Below the pieces are notes generated by a model, which was not told the DNA's origin, made no database searches, and worked only from the letters and a program-made list of their open reading frames with translations. Of a stretch of DNA of 64,000 nucleotides, positions 62,333 through 64,000 are shown in pieces. A program made the translations under genes and the position numbers. This stretch comes from Lama guanicoe (taxonomy: Eukaryota): NCBI GenBank assembly GCA_013239625.1, contig MU054187.1, forward strand, positions 8,947,231 to 9,011,230. Reading direction: 5' to 3'. Position 1 is the first letter of the stretch; every line of letters begins with the position of its first letter.

Positions 62333-64000
62333 GTGAGTGCTCAAAATTTATTTTTAAAATCCAGACATTAAGAATTTTTTTTGAGAAAGTGAAGTGAATT
62401 TATATATGGCTAACATTTTTTAATTCAATGTGTTTATGTACTATTTAATTTGCTTACTATTTAAATCATGGAAGTGAATCTTTACCCAGCATGCTAAGTG
62501 AGGGAGTAACTTTCTGGGTTACGCTGAAAATTTAACCAGTATTCATGTGACTGTTAAAAGCAATGCATTTGTTATTAGTGACGAAAAGTCTTAAATATAT
62601 GTAGAGATCATTGAATGAAATGTTTGACTAATACTTGACAACTCTGAATGTTGTAGAACTATTAATATTGAATGCTGTTAAAATGTGGTTTATCATATAG
62701 CTGTTTAAAGTAAAAGGTAAGTCATGTCTCCTAAAATACAACAACTATAGATACAAAGGAAAAAATTGGTATCATATGGTTATTCTATGCCAAAGATGTT
62801 TGTTCTAATCTTGACATTTTAAAAGATATTTTCTCCTGATACATATTTGTTTTTCAGGTCCAGTGTAAAGGTAGTAGAGTAGTAATTGTGCCAGGCATAC
62901 TTTGTGGAGTATTTGTTTTTCACTTTCAAATTCTGTGTTTTGTTATCAGTGACACTGAATTAAGTTTTATTCATTAAAGATATAGGCAGGTTACATAATT
63001 TGAATATAGGTATACTTTTTAATGCACTGCTTCTACTTTTTTGTTTTTATTTTATGTTTCTTCATATCTTGCTAAGAGAAGTTTGAACTTTTAGCCCCAC
63101 TACACCCCCCCCCCACCAAAGTAACATTTATTTTCTTTGGAGATAAAAAGCAAAGAACCAAATAAAATTACCCTGTTTTATAGTTGCATAGTTTTGAGAT
63201 TTTTATATTTGAGGATAAACAATGGGAAAATGATTTGTAAGCTTAATAGTATTTTCATCTTTTTCAGTTACATCTTCCCATGATTTGAGCTTCGCTTAAC
63301 GCAGCTATGCCGCCCTTCTCATCTGTTACTTGCCACCACTTGGCTGCACAGGGTGGATTAACATTTCAGTACTGACAGCAGAATAATTTCTTTTCCTTTC
63401 AGAAACACAGGAAGCTTTTGTTGCTGATGATTCCCCAAAAGTGAAGCTTTAAAATTTATGATTCCTATTTATTTGCAATTTTGGTAAGAAGTATAGTTTA
63501 GTGGAAAGATTGTAGGTCTTGGATTCAAACAAACTTGGGTCTTAAATTTATTGTTGCCAGTTACTTTCTTTGTTTACAAATGACAGATAGAAGGAACTGC
63601 TACTGCTGAGTGAGCCTGTGGGTTACAGACAGTGTGTGAAATACTCAGCACGGTGGCATGTGTGTAGTGTGGGCACATTCAGTGACACTCACTTTCCCGT
63701 GGCTTTGCTCTGTCATTCCCCTGCCCCCGCCCCAAGTCCGGCAAATGTGACCAGAGCTGATTGAGGCCAAAGGGCAGAATTTTGTTTCAGGAACAGATAA
63801 CACACACTATTTAGCTTAGTTTACTTATTTAGCTTTGTTCGTTTTTGAGCTGTGAAACGTGACTTTCACCAAAGAATGGTCCATGTGAAAGAGCATTAAC
63901 TTGTTCCCAATATTGTAATCACAGCTGAGGGCCCTTTCTGCTAATAACTGATGGAAAGATCATTTTTTTAATGTAACATATAGTTATCAACTTTAATCCA

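Noticed and set aside
1..64000. CRISPR arrays, operons or other prokaryotic/defence systems
   Set aside because: No regularly spaced direct repeats or dense ORFs; spliced genes and mammalian retroposons show this is mammalian nuclear DNA.

Overview
Mammalian genomic DNA, most likely camelid (camel/alpaca/llama), judged from several Vic-1-type tRNA-derived SINEs and one recurring young L1 3' end. The window holds the complete ARMC1 gene on the minus strand: six coding exons of 183+92+190+117+75+192 = 849 nt (282 aa + stop), all with GT-AG junctions, plus a non-coding exon 1 in a CpG island at ~46.1-46.6 kb. It also holds the 5' end of MTFR1 on the plus strand (CpG-island promoter at ~54.8 kb, first coding exon at 62.27 kb), arranged head-to-head with ARMC1 about 8.6 kb away. 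The rest is intronic or intergenic DNA rich in L1, L2/MIR, hAT (MER) and LTR relics, plus an unexplained CpG-rich island at ~0.7-1.1 kb. No prokaryotic-type system is present. The most notable observations are: (1) in both genes an in-frame uORF stops 0-3 nt before the main ATG, and MTFR1 also has an overlapping uORF; (2) an L1 inserted antisense into an older L1 at the homologous position, forming a ~1 kb fold-back with a 7-nt loop in MTFR1 intron 1; (3) a candidate internally deleted L1 with a 3' transduction. Gene identities come from recalled protein sequences and repeat subfamily names are by eye; none were confirmed by database search.
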